Shown: one piece after another, positions 1-9,962 of the stretch
Numbering within the stretch: position 1 is the first letter of the stretch
Layout of the letters: each line of letters starts with the position of its first letter
Origin: Candidatus Heimdallarchaeum endolithica
GTDB lineage: Archaea > Asgardarchaeota > Heimdallarchaeia > Heimdallarchaeales > Heimdallarchaeaceae
Assembly: GCA_021513715.1 (NCBI GenBank)
Contig: CP084167.1
Location: forward strand, 2,272,001 to 2,336,000
Reading direction: 5' to 3'
DNA: 64,000 nucleotides
Notes under the pieces: model-generated
What the model was told of the DNA's origin: nothing
What the model saw: only the letters and a program-made list of their open reading frames with translations
Database searches by the model: none
Made by a program: the position numbers and the translations under genes

Positions 1-364
1 TCGAAAGTGAGTTAATAAATAAAAATGTCTGTTCATCAAATTTGCTTTTTTGTCTTAAAATTGATGATATTGTTGACAATGCAGATATTTCTACAATTGT
101 AATATATGTGATTATTGAGATGACTATTGTCAATAGAAGATTTACTTTAATAACTAGTAATTGAATTATCAAAATGGAGATTGAGGAAAAAAAAGCTATG
201 TTGCTTCTTCTCACAAGTTTCTTAATGTGTTCTGGAAAAATAAACGCTTTTACTTTTTTGAATTGAATGTTAACTAATAAAGTTTCAACAACAATTTTTG
301 ATATTATATTATAAAATTTCTCACTTTCAGAATTTTTAATTGTGTATTCCTTCAGTATCAACAC
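1..364 (-). CDS. Partial membrane protein, probable TadB/TadC (T2SS-F-like) pilus platform protein; runs off the window edge
   Basis: Open frame read from GTG at 364 (GAGGTG SD-like motif) to the window edge. Two hydrophobic segments are followed by KFDEQTFLFINSLS. Lies directly downstream of the secretion ATPase. Confidence 0.5.
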   Translation of the reverse strand, partial: MLILKEYTIKNSESEKFYNIISKIVVETLLVNIQFKKVKAFIFPEHIKKLVRRSNIAFFSSISILIIQLLVIKVNLLLTIVISIITYITIVEISALSTISSILRQKSKFDEQTFLFINSLS

Positions 365-378
365 CTCTTTTTTTTGCT

Positions 379-1746
379 TCACTGTAATTCCCTTTCTTTC
401 AATAAAATCTGTTCATATCTTTTTGATAATATTGAGTTGGTTCGTAAACTTTCACGAATTTGAGTCAATTTCCATGCTTTGTCGTATATTTTTTGATAAA
501 AAGAGGAAGAGTTGTTACTGTTTTTATTATTTATCTCAAATATTTCTTTAATAACTCGTGATATTTTTCCATCATTAGTAATTTTTCTTTCCATTACTAT
601 TATTACTTCTAATGAAAGAAAATCCTCCGCTGAGACACCATAGTTTGACCATCTTCTGATTAATTTTTCAAAAGAATCAGAGTGAGCTGTTTGAATCCCT
701 TTTAATCCTGAATTTAGAGCTTCAAACATAGCTTTTGTATGCTCTCTTGTTTGTATCTCCCCTAGATATATCCAATCTGGAGATCTATGCAATAATTTTA
801 GGATTTCTGAAGTTTTATTATAATTCGATTTATTTGAATCAAAAGAATCTACTTGTATTACTGTTTGTTTGTAACCTAATCCCTTTTGACTAATTGATTC
901 TATTGCATCTTCAATCACAATTTTTCTCCAAAATTTTGGGGTGTATAAATCAATTGCATTAGCTAGCGTAGTTTTACCAGCATTAGGTTCCCCTATTATG
1001 GTTATGTTTTTTCTTTGATTGACAGTTTCAATGAGGTAAGCTCCAATTATTGGAGGAAATGATCCTAAATTAATTAAGTCCTTAAGTGTAAATGGATTTG
1101 CCTTTATTTTTCTTATATTTACTGTTGGACCGTTTGGTGATAGTGGTGGGAAATCAATTGCTACTCTTAAATGGAAGTATTGTGATAGTAATTCTACTTT
1201 TAATGAGGGATTTTTATATGATATTGAAATTGGGTGCTCTAGTTTTATTCTTGAAATTAAAGCTTGCATCTCTTCTTCTGACAAAAATATTGTTGTTTCA
1301 CAACGTCCAAAAAATTGATGATCAATATATATCGCTGTTTTTGCACTATCTATATAGATTTCATTAATTGTATTATCATAGAAAAGCGGCATTAGTTTAT
1401 AAAGTTTAATTAATTTATACGTAAATATTTCAACTATAATGTCTTTGTTATCTACAGTCGATTGTTCTTTTTCCAATCTACTAAGAATAATGGATGATAT
1501 TGTTTTTATTAACTCATCTAATTTTAAAATTTTGTTGCTTAAACGATCTTTCATATTATATAGCATATCTACTAATTCAGAAAATAAGAAGGTATATTCG
1601 TCAAAATCAAAAATTGTTTCAGGTAAATAATAGTGTTTACCGTTGGATCTAATTATTTTTACATTAAAACCTCTGATTTTGTAACTTGCTATGATTTTTT
1701 CATCACTATCCTCTTTATTTTTTTCTAACTCAGTTATTTGTCTCAT
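379..1746 (-). CDS. Type II/IV secretion or pilus assembly ATPase (TadA/CpaF/VirB11 family)
   Basis: Walker A GEPNAGKTT, Asp box VIEDAIE, RSPDWIYLGE Walker B, TAHS His box, NIRK motif. Confidence 0.9.
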   Translation of the reverse strand: MRQITELEKNKEDSDEKIIASYKIRGFNVKIIRSNGKHYYLPETIFDFDEYTFLFSELVDMLYNMKDRLSNKILKLDELIKTISSIILSRLEKEQSTVDNKDIIVEIFTYKLIKLYKLMPLFYDNTINEIYIDSAKTAIYIDHQFFGRCETTIFLSEEEMQALISRIKLEHPISISYKNPSLKVELLSQYFHLRVAIDFPPLSPNGPTVNIRKIKANPFTLKDLINLGSFPPIIGAYLIETVNQRKNITIIGEPNAGKTTLANAIDLYTPKFWRKIVIEDAIESISQKGLGYKQTVIQVDSFDSNKSNYNKTSEILKLLHRSPDWIYLGEIQTREHTKAMFEALNSGLKGIQTAHSDSFEKLIRRWSNYGVSAEDFLSLEVIIVMERKITNDGKISRVIKEIFEINNKNSNNSSSFYQKIYDKAWKLTQIRESLRTNSILSKRYEQILLKERELQ

Positions 1747-1857
1747 ATTCTCTTGTTATTATTAGATTAACATTTATCAACACCACAAAATTTTCTAACT
1801 ATTCATTTATGTGTTTCAACGTTAGATCTCAACAATTATTTAATAGAAAAATATTTA

Positions 1858-2889
1858 TCAAGAAAAGTTTGAATTTAATTTTCTTGATATTTCTTCAAAT
1901 ATATTTTCATGATTATATTTGAAAATTAACTCTGAATGTTCTCTTACAGTGAACTCTGCAACGTTTGTAGCTCTACCCACTAATTTTTGTGTAAACGCTG
2001 ATGATGTGTTCATTTCACGTGCAAATAATTTGTCTGCAGTATAAGCTGTTGCTGCAGCAAAGGGGTAGGGCCGTCTGCTCCCTCTATCCTTGTTTGGGAT
2101 TTTAGCAAGAATTTTGAAGCAAGCTAGTTGTAATATCTTTTCATATACGAATGATTCAATTTTATACTTTGCTTCAATTCTTTCTTTAATTTCGGGATGC
2201 GAACAAATTAAGTAACTTACTCTGGAAATATATTCCTCACTTCTTCTAATTTTTGAGGATGGTAATTTTATATTTAGCGTCTGCATTAAACTTATGATCT
2301 TTTTTCCTGAGACACGATGCCCCAGTTCACTATATGTTTGTACTATTTCTTTAAATTGCACTGGACATGTATTTTTTGATTCTCTTACCGCTAATAATAA
2401 TGATATAGCAGACAAAACGACATGATTGTTAATTTCCTTTCTAAATTCTCTTTTGTATTTTTTAAATAGGAATATAGCTCTATTATTTACTTGTTCTGGG
2501 ATATCTAGTATTTTACAAACCTTATTCATTATCGTGAGAGATCTATGCATAGTCTCTTTTCCTTTTACTGCACTAGCAACATGATATAGATTCTTGAATT
2601 TCCTAAATTGCTCCTGTTTCAATGGTGAAAGTGAGGTTCCATATGTGTCTTTAAAGTAATATTCTTTGATTGTACCTATCGAAGATCCGAGTGAACTTAC
2701 TGTTGCAAGCTGATTGTCAATTGCCGTATATTGTGTCTTTCTTCTTTTTAAAGGCTCTTCTATTATTCCTAGTTGATAATTGCTACTTTCATACACTGCT
2801 CCTAATTCTAGGCCACAATTAGGACAAACATATCTTCCTGTTTCTTCTATAATCCTTGAATTGCATTCATCACAATATAATTCTGCCAT
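1858..2889 (-). CDS. tfb: Transcription initiation factor IIB (TFB) family paralog
   Basis: N-terminal Zn ribbon CDEC...CPNCG, cyclin-like repeats, TQKLVGRATNVAEFTVR C-terminal HTH. ATG at 2889 chosen as start. Confidence 0.85.
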   Translation of the reverse strand: MAELYCDECNSRIIEETGRYVCPNCGLELGAVYESSNYQLGIIEEPLKRRKTQYTAIDNQLATVSSLGSSIGTIKEYYFKDTYGTSLSPLKQEQFRKFKNLYHVASAVKGKETMHRSLTIMNKVCKILDIPEQVNNRAIFLFKKYKREFRKEINNHVVLSAISLLLAVRESKNTCPVQFKEIVQTYSELGHRVSGKKIISLMQTLNIKLPSSKIRRSEEYISRVSYLICSHPEIKERIEAKYKIESFVYEKILQLACFKILAKIPNKDRGSRRPYPFAAATAYTADKLFAREMNTSSAFTQKLVGRATNVAEFTVREHSELIFKYNHENIFEEISRKLNSNFS

Positions 2890-3186
2890 TTTTCCCAAGA
2901 GAACTACTAAAACAAAATTAATTAAACTATTTTTTATTATTCTAGAAGGTTTTTATTATATTTGACCGATTCAAATTAGCTTTCTTGTTCCTATAACTGA
3001 TAGTTTCGTCCATATGGGGGAGGTGACTGAAATTAATATCTGTTTAGTTAAATGTGTCTCTTAAAATGTTGTCGCGTTCTTTGCACATTTTCTAAAGAGT
3101 CTTGTTTTTATTCATTTCATCTTTCCAAGTAAAAGCAAGATTATCAACTAATATTAAATTAAATAATGTTAGAATCGTTGGAGTAT

Positions 3187-3618
3187 TTACTCATTTTTTT
3201 GATGATATAAAAACTGTTTAATTCTTTCTTCTATATCTTTATTTTCTTTTTCATTAAGAAAACAAACAAATTTTATGATGGCTTCACTTGATTGTTCTGA
3301 AATAATATGTTCAATTGCACATGCATCTTGTAAGGCGATTTCTTTATCAATTTGTAAAAATAGTAAAAAATCTTCTATTGCTTGATGTCTTTGTAAGAGT
3401 TGTTTGGCCACAGATAAACCTTTTTCTGTAATAACAACTCCCTTATATTTCTTATATTTGATTAATCCTTCCTCATGTAGTTTTTGAACCATTTCTGTAA
3501 CTGATGACAAACTTTGTAGTTTAAGTCTTTTTTTGATTTCACTCACTTTAGCTATCCCTTTTTCCGAACAGATATCATAAATAATTTCAATATATTCCTC
3601 TTTTCTTATTGTATTCAT
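3187..3618 (-). CDS. DtxR/MntR family metal-dependent transcriptional regulator
   Basis: EEYIEIIY, SVTEMVQKL HTH, RH..IE and DACAIEH metal-binding motifs. Confidence 0.9.
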   Translation of the reverse strand: MNTIRKEEYIEIIYDICSEKGIAKVSEIKKRLKLQSLSSVTEMVQKLHEEGLIKYKKYKGVVITEKGLSVAKQLLQRHQAIEDFLLFLQIDKEIALQDACAIEHIISEQSSEAIIKFVCFLNEKENKDIEERIKQFLYHQKNE

Positions 3619-3718
3619 TTTATTCGACTACTTATTTAGGTGAGTTTTTTTTATTAATATATTCTTTTTTATAATAAAAATTGCGTGGTTTATAAATGTT
3701 CATTTTCTTAGAAAATTA

Positions 3719-6631
3719 ATGAAATTAAAATCTAATCCACTTACTCATCCATTAGTAATTATAATTATTGTTATTATTATGTTCAATCAATTTGTTGCCT
3801 TTTCTGTACTCAATTTATTAAATGAACATTCAGAATCTATTTCTGTTTCTTCTAATCACACAAGAACAGTTATTCCTGAAACACAAACCACATATCTTGG
3901 AACAAATATCTCCCCAACGCAAACAGTTTCTTCTAATTCTTCAGTAGTTCACTTGAAAAATTCAGCATATCTTGATAAAACTACTAACATTGATTACAAT
4001 GAAACTACATCCAATTTTGCACCAGAAATTGGATTGAATGGTAGTTATAAAAGTGAAATAAAGCATTTGAATATATCGGAACAAGAAACAGGAATGACAC
4101 TCCCTGAAGAAGGAGACTATTTTCTTGTGGGTAATGTTTCAAATTTAAAAACTAATATAATTCAAAACTCTGGGGCAGAAACGACAGAGGACTTTTACGC
4201 AAATAACTCAGACCATACTGGGATTCAATTACAGCGCGCTCTTGCAAATAATAGTTTTTTTGGTAATTATTCGTGGAAGATCTATGCTAATAATACTACT
4301 TCTTTAAAGTATTCAACCTATATGAAGGATTTATTAGTTTTTGGTCGAAATATTATTCTTTCTTATGACTACAAATTTGATAGTAATTCTTCAATTCAAA
4401 ATGTCATAAACTCTACAGTTATTTTCGATTTTACTTTTGATACTTGTAGGGTGGCAATATATAACTGGGTTTATAGTAATGTAGGGTTGGAACAAGTGGG
4501 CCAAAATGATACTTCTGGTGATTATGATACTTTTAAATTTGTAAGAAATACAACGTGGGATGATAATTGGAATAGTTTATCCTTAAATCTATCTGCAATA
4601 TTATCAGATTTTTCCTCAAATATTCCTTCTCAGTTAGAAGGTTTTAGTGTTTTTGTGATCTCGCCAGAACAATCTGAAAGTTCATTTTTTTTTGATAATC
4701 TTAAAATAGAATCTCGACCCCTTGCTGAAGAGATTGAACTTAAATTAAATGAAACTTCGGTTAACAGTATTAATGATCTAGTAGGATCATTTTCAATTCA
4801 AGTACATGTAGAAGAGAAAACAAATGTTAATCTTACTATTTCATTGAATTCTTCGTACCCTATTGAAGGGGAGTTCAGTTTACAAGCTATTGGAAATATT
4901 ACATTGTCTTCCAAAAAACGACTATTACTTGTCCCACCTGAAAAAATTTTATTCAATATTTCAATAGATAATATTATTGCCGGAATTTTTGGTGTTATTG
5001 TTGTTGTTCCACTAAACTGGACTCTAGTGGATTATAATACACAGTATGTCACTTCCATCTTTGTCAATGAATTTGAAGATTCTAATCAATATAGACTGTT
5101 AATTTGTAATATAACTAGCTTAATAATGATATTTTCTATCCAAAATAACGTTAGAAGTGTCACTCTCTCGTCTTCTAGTATATTTGAAACCCTTGAAGTA
5201 GAATTTAACTTTACTTTCAATAGTCTTTTAATTGAATCAGATCTTTTTTGGATTGGGTCTGTAAGTGGGGGCGCTGTTGTAGATATTCAAAATAACACGC
5301 TTGAATATTGTTTTCCTTCTGTTATTCCAAGAGGAGAATATTCAATAACTTTTTTGAATCTTAACTCAACCATTTTTTATTATACATGTAATATCAATTT
5401 GACTCGTTATGCCTCAGATGTTACTATTGTGGATAACTTATCTCTACCGCAATATGGTAGTACACCCATTCATTTTTCTTATTATGGGTTGGAAAAGAAT
5501 ATCTCGATTGTGAATTCTTCAATTTATATATTTCTTGATGATACAAAAATCTATTCTTTCTCAAATGTAACAGAAACAGACTTTATTATATCAATGTTTT
5601 ATTCTAATTTAGGTGCTCATACCGTCAAAATTATAGCTTTTTCTGCATTTCATGCATCAGTCATTAAGACTGTTTCTATTATCTCATATGAAAATCCTCT
5701 TAACATTGATCTTGATTATTTTTCTTCTAATGATAGGTATTATTCAATAAATCTAAATGTCTCTTCTGATGGTTTTCCTGTTGCTTTTGCTCCTCTAAAA
5801 TATTATGTGGGCAATATATCTAGTTCTGGCTCTATTTTCTCTGGTATTACTAATGAAATGGGTTTTTTCCAAAATAAAATTTTAATTCCTCTTACTGTTT
5901 TGTCTATTAATATAACTCTAGAAATTATGCGCTATTCCTCGATCATTAAAACGAAAACATTTACAATAACTAATCAAATACTTCAAGTTAATGCAAATAA
6001 GACTGATGATGAACTATTACTTGGTAATAATGTTACATTTTCTTATTGGATCAAATATAGTACTCAAAACGATAGATGGTTTTTACCTAAAGTTAATGAT
6101 GTCCCTCTTATTCTCGATGCTTACATTAATACAGGATTGTTTATTATCCCTGTTACGTGGGATAATACATCTTTTTATTGGCAAATTAAAGCAAATAGTT
6201 CTATATATTCACATAAGCTGGTTATCATTTGTAAGGGACCTCAATTAAATGTTAAATCCTATATTAGCGATAATGAAATTCAATTTCAGTTAAATATTTA
6301 TGCTTCTTATTTATACAAAAACGCCTCTATTCTCTTATATTCAAATAGTAATGTTTCTCTTAATTCATTTAATTGGAAACTTACTAATTCAAATGGAGTA
6401 GAAATTACTGATAAATACGAAATAGTCATTTTTCATTCCTATGTTAAAATTAATGGGATTGAACTTGCTGAGGGGACCTATTTGCTGCTTAATCTAATTG
6501 GTGTTAATAATAGTTTTAATAATAGAGCCCTCTTAATATCTTTCGCTATTGGTTCTTTCGCTATCTCATCTATTAGCTTTGTTGGAATTAAATTTTACAA
6601 AAAGAGAAAAAGCTTAAGCATTGAACTATGA
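3719..6631 (+). CDS. Large membrane-anchored extracellular hypothetical protein
   Basis: 970 aa. N-terminal hydrophobic helix, Ser/Asn/Thr-rich beta-type body with many N-x-S/T sequons, C-terminal TM followed by KKRK. Confidence 0.75.
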   Translation: MKLKSNPLTHPLVIIIIVIIMFNQFVAFSVLNLLNEHSESISVSSNHTRTVIPETQTTYLGTNISPTQTVSSNSSVVHLKNSAYLDKTTNIDYNETTSNFAPEIGLNGSYKSEIKHLNISEQETGMTLPEEGDYFLVGNVSNLKTNIIQNSGAETTEDFYANNSDHTGIQLQRALANNSFFGNYSWKIYANNTTSLKYSTYMKDLLVFGRNIILSYDYKFDSNSSIQNVINSTVIFDFTFDTCRVAIYNWVYSNVGLEQVGQNDTSGDYDTFKFVRNTTWDDNWNSLSLNLSAILSDFSSNIPSQLEGFSVFVISPEQSESSFFFDNLKIESRPLAEEIELKLNETSVNSINDLVGSFSIQVHVEEKTNVNLTISLNSSYPIEGEFSLQAIGNITLSSKKRLLLVPPEKILFNISIDNIIAGIFGVIVVVPLNWTLVDYNTQYVTSIFVNEFEDSNQYRLLICNITSLIMIFSIQNNVRSVTLSSSSIFETLEVEFNFTFNSLLIESDLFWIGSVSGGAVVDIQNNTLEYCFPSVIPRGEYSITFLNLNSTIFYYTCNINLTRYASDVTIVDNLSLPQYGSTPIHFSYYGLEKNISIVNSSIYIFLDDTKIYSFSNVTETDFIISMFYSNLGAHTVKIIAFSAFHASVIKTVSIISYENPLNIDLDYFSSNDRYYSINLNVSSDGFPVAFAPLKYYVGNISSSGSIFSGITNEMGFFQNKILIPLTVLSINITLEIMRYSSIIKTKTFTITNQILQVNANKTDDELLLGNNVTFSYWIKYSTQNDRWFLPKVNDVPLILDAYINTGLFIIPVTWDNTSFYWQIKANSSIYSHKLVIICKGPQLNVKSYISDNEIQFQLNIYASYLYKNASILLYSNSNVSLNSFNWKLTNSNGVEITDKYEIVIFHSYVKINGIELAEGTYLLLNLIGVNNSFNNRALLISFAIGSFAISSISFVGIKFYKKRKSLSIEL

Positions 6632-6637
6632 TCTTTC

Positions 6638-7051
6638 TTATATCTTGTTTTGATTAAATTTCTTAACTATGTCTTTTGCTTCATTTTCGTTTAATTGCTT
6701 CTGTGATGGAAAATCAAATAAACTGTCATTTGGATATCTTGGTACAATATGAAAATGAACATGGGGAACAATTTGCCCTGCCTCTCTTCCATTGTTTTGC
6801 CATATATTTATTCCTGTTGCATTTGTTATCTTTTTTATTTGTTTAACTATGTAAGGTAATTTTTTAAGGAAATCAATGTCTTCTTCTGGGACTTTGTCAA
6901 TTGTTTCGTAATGTTTTTTGGGTACAAATAGACTGTGACCAAAAGAAACTGGGTATGCATCCAAAAATACTATTACTTTCTCATCTTCAAATAATGTATA
7001 AGTGGGTATTTGTCCGCTAACTATTTTACAAAAAATACAGTCTTGACTCAT
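6638..7051 (-). CDS. HIT family hydrolase
   Basis: CIFCKI and HVHFH histidine triad. ATG at 7051 chosen as start. Confidence 0.93.
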   Translation of the reverse strand: MSQDCIFCKIVSGQIPTYTLFEDEKVIVFLDAYPVSFGHSLFVPKKHYETIDKVPEEDIDFLKKLPYIVKQIKKITNATGINIWQNNGREAGQIVPHVHFHIVPRYPNDSLFDFPSQKQLNENEAKDIVKKFNQNKI

Positions 7052-7261
7052 ATTAATCAAATTAATATATTTTTTTAGCTTCAAATATTTTCTCTCTTAT
7101 TATTTTTAATATTTTTTTTACTTTAGAAAATTATTACTTAATGTCTTTTATTTCTATTAAAGATATTTTTTGCGCTGAAGAATATTGATTTTTTCACTTT
7201 CAATAAGGTGTCCGTATCAACTATAAATACTATGTTCATATTTGTATTTATAGAAAGTAAA

Positions 7262-8503
7262 ATGTACTCATCTGATGAAGATTATTTTAAATTATTAGCT
7301 GAAAAACCTTCCGTAATTAAAAATGAAGGTTATTTATCAATTTCCTTTATTCCTCCTTTACTTCCTCATCGTGAGGAAGAGTTAAGGCTATTGGCAAAGC
7401 AATATAAACATTTAACAAATAACTCCCTAAATTTTAGCCGTTACGCAACTATTACTGGTCCAACCGGTTCTGGTAAAACAACACTCGCAAAAAGGTTTGG
7501 TCAAATTTTGGAAAACGTAGTTAAAATTAAAGGGTTCCGTTTTATATACATAAATTGTCGTATTTATAAAAGCCCTTATTTAATATTTAATGTTCTTCTA
7601 CAAAAACTAAACAAAAATATACCTCAAAGAGGTTATTCTGTTGAAGAATTACAACATTTTTTTGTGAAACATTTACAACAGAATAAGTATAAATTATTAA
7701 TAGTTCTTGATGAAATTGATTACTTAGTCACACGAACTGGAACTGATATTTTGTATTCCTTGTTGAGGATCGGAGAAATATCAAAAGATCAATATGTTTC
7801 CTATATTTTTATAGCTAAAAATACCAATTTTTTGAAATTACTTGACACAAGTACACAAAGTAGTTTTCACTCTAATCACATATCATTAGATCGGTATTCT
7901 GAATCTGATTTAATTGATATTGTTAGATCAAGAGCCGAATTGGCTTTTTATAAAGAGACAGTTACTGATGATGCAATAAGGCTTATTGCAGATATTGCAA
8001 GTAAGACCGGAGATGCTCGATATGCTATTGAACTACTTTGGGGTGCTGGACACTGTTGTGATAATGATAACTCTCCTATTGTTTATCCTGATCATGTAAG
8101 AAAAGCAAAGTCGTTGATTCACCCAGAGTTACGTAAAGAAGTTGTGTTGACACTTTCTATCCATGAGAAACTAACATTATTGTCTATATTGAGAAAGCTT
8201 AAACATACAAAAAATGCATATATTTCAACAAGTGATGCAATAAGCACATATCGCTTGCTTTGCGAAGAGTATGGTGAACATCCTAGAAAACATACTCAGT
8301 TTTGGTCTTATTTGAATGAGCTTTCGAAGCAGGATATTATTAACTGTAAACTTTCTGGAAAAGGGATGAAAGGAAAAACAACGCTCATCAGTGTTCCTGA
8401 TGCTCCTTTAGCATTTATTGAAGATGTTATACTAAAGTCTTTAACGAAGAACAAGAACAAAGGTGAAATAAGTCAAAGAAAGGAGGTTGGTAAAAATAAA
8501 TAG
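7262..8503 (+). CDS. cdc6: Orc1/Cdc6 replication initiator
   Basis: LPHREEE, Walker A GPTGSGKT, YINC, Walker B VLDEID, GDARYAI, C-terminal winged helix. Confidence 0.93.
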   Translation: MYSSDEDYFKLLAEKPSVIKNEGYLSISFIPPLLPHREEELRLLAKQYKHLTNNSLNFSRYATITGPTGSGKTTLAKRFGQILENVVKIKGFRFIYINCRIYKSPYLIFNVLLQKLNKNIPQRGYSVEELQHFFVKHLQQNKYKLLIVLDEIDYLVTRTGTDILYSLLRIGEISKDQYVSYIFIAKNTNFLKLLDTSTQSSFHSNHISLDRYSESDLIDIVRSRAELAFYKETVTDDAIRLIADIASKTGDARYAIELLWGAGHCCDNDNSPIVYPDHVRKAKSLIHPELRKEVVLTLSIHEKLTLLSILRKLKHTKNAYISTSDAISTYRLLCEEYGEHPRKHTQFWSYLNELSKQDIINCKLSGKGMKGKTTLISVPDAPLAFIEDVILKSLTKNKNKGEISQRKEVGKNK

Positions 8504-8795
8504 CCCGAGTATTAAGTCTTCAAATTCTCCCCCTATAGATGAGGTTTTGTCTTCTCGAGGGAGAGTAAAAATTCTAAAACTTTTAGCTGAAAAAGGAGAA
8601 ATTAACATATCCGCAATATCTAAACAAGTAAAGCTAAATCATGGAGTCGTAGTTAATCACTTAGAATATTTAGTAAAAATTGGTTTGGTGAAAGAAAAAA
8701 CTTTTGGGAGAATTCGAATATTTCAATATCAAGATCAGAATATTAGAGCTCATTCATTAAAACAATTGTTCAACATTTGGGATAACACTGCTTGA
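8487..8795 (+). CDS. Winged-helix (ArsR-like) DNA-binding protein overlapping the cdc6 3' end
   Basis: SSRGRVKILKLL...HLEYL..GLV HTH pattern; GGAGGT SD-like motif. Confidence 0.8.
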   Translation: MVKINSPSIKSSNSPPIDEVLSSRGRVKILKLLAEKGEINISAISKQVKLNHGVVVNHLEYLVKIGLVKEKTFGRIRIFQYQDQNIRAHSLKQLFNIWDNTA

Positions 8796-8992
8796 TAATT
8801 GTATGTTATTATTAATTTACTCGTTTAAAATTTTGATACACACCAACTTAATTCTGTATGAAATAACTGTAAGCCAATTTTGCTTTCAAGGATGGTTTGG
8901 AGAAAAACTATGAAAAAAATTAATTGAATGAGTAAAAAAACATAAAAAGCTGTAAATATTAAAGAAGATAAGATGCAATAAAGGGTTCAAAA

Positions 8993-9556
8993 ATGACTCT
9001 AAATAAATCTCAGGGAAAAAAATACATATTTAAAATTGTCTTACTTGGAGATCCCGGAGTAGGCAAAAGTTCTTTAATTTCAAGATATGTTCATAATCGA
9101 TTTGAATCATCGTATATGATTACTATTGGAGTGGACATTTTAAGTAAGCAACTATTTGTGGGTGAGGATGAAGTATTATTTTTAATTTCAGATATTGGAG
9201 GACAAGAAAGGTTTTCTTCAGTTAGAGAAAAATTTTATCGTGGTTCAAAAGGATGCTTCCTTGTTTTTGATTTAACAAGACCTAACACTTTAGAATCTAT
9301 ACGTGAGTGGAAACGTGGATTAAATGGTGTAGAGGATGATGTAATATTTTTTGTTATTGGTAATAAAGCAGATTTAAAAGATCAAATTGCTGTTGATGAA
9401 GAGGAAGCACTGAATATAGTAAAAGAACTTGATTTACCTATTGACTCATTCTTTATAACTAGTGCTAAAACAGGAGAAAAAGTAGAAGAAGCATTTCAAA
9501 CTTTCGCTCGTGAATTAATAAAAGCAGTAGAAAAGAAACGTATTGAAGTGAGATAA
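8993..9556 (+). CDS. Rab-like small GTPase (Ras superfamily)
   Basis: G1 GDPGVGKS, TIGVD, DIGGQERF, FYRG, LVFDLT, NKAD, SAK. No C-terminal Cys prenylation site. Confidence 0.93.
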   Translation: MTLNKSQGKKYIFKIVLLGDPGVGKSSLISRYVHNRFESSYMITIGVDILSKQLFVGEDEVLFLISDIGGQERFSSVREKFYRGSKGCFLVFDLTRPNTLESIREWKRGLNGVEDDVIFFVIGNKADLKDQIAVDEEEALNIVKELDLPIDSFFITSAKTGEKVEEAFQTFARELIKAVEKKRIEVR

Positions 9557-9570
9557 TAAAATTAATCACT

Positions 9571-9858
9571 TCACTTACATATGCAAGGGTTGTTTTTACA
9601 TCTTGGACATTTCATAGGGTATTTGTTTAATAAAGATGCTTCCATATCTATTTCTAATAAATTTGCAATGCTAAATATCCAAGCAACAATGTCGGCAATT
9701 TCGTTTTGAATTATTTCCTTATTTTTTGAGTTAAGACATTCAGCCAGCTCTCCTATTTCTTCAATTAAATGAATAAATGTTTTATTAAGCCCTTGTTTTT
9801 GATCTCTTTTTAGATAAATGTCCTTCATAAGTTGTTGAAATTCATTAATTTTTAACAT
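9571..9858 (-). CDS. MazG-like nucleotide pyrophosphohydrolase
   Basis: LIEEIGELAE...EIAD motif; C-terminal CPRC..PCxC. Confidence 0.88.
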   Translation of the reverse strand: MLKINEFQQLMKDIYLKRDQKQGLNKTFIHLIEEIGELAECLNSKNKEIIQNEIADIVAWIFSIANLLEIDMEASLLNKYPMKCPRCKNNPCICK

Positions 9859-9962
9859 TGTTTTTCTTTCATAATCTCGTTTTTAAAAGATTTCTAATTA
9901 AAGAAATTTCTTTTATAGTTTCTTGAGTATAGTTTAAATAAAATACATTTTCAAAGTACTTA

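Noticed and set aside
2997-3035. Hammerhead ribozyme (CTGATAG...GAAA)
   Set aside because: The core is not CUGAnGA and stems I and III cannot be formed
7052-7261. Replication origin upstream of cdc6
   Set aside because: AT-rich, but I could not find repeated ORB/mini-ORB boxes or G-strings
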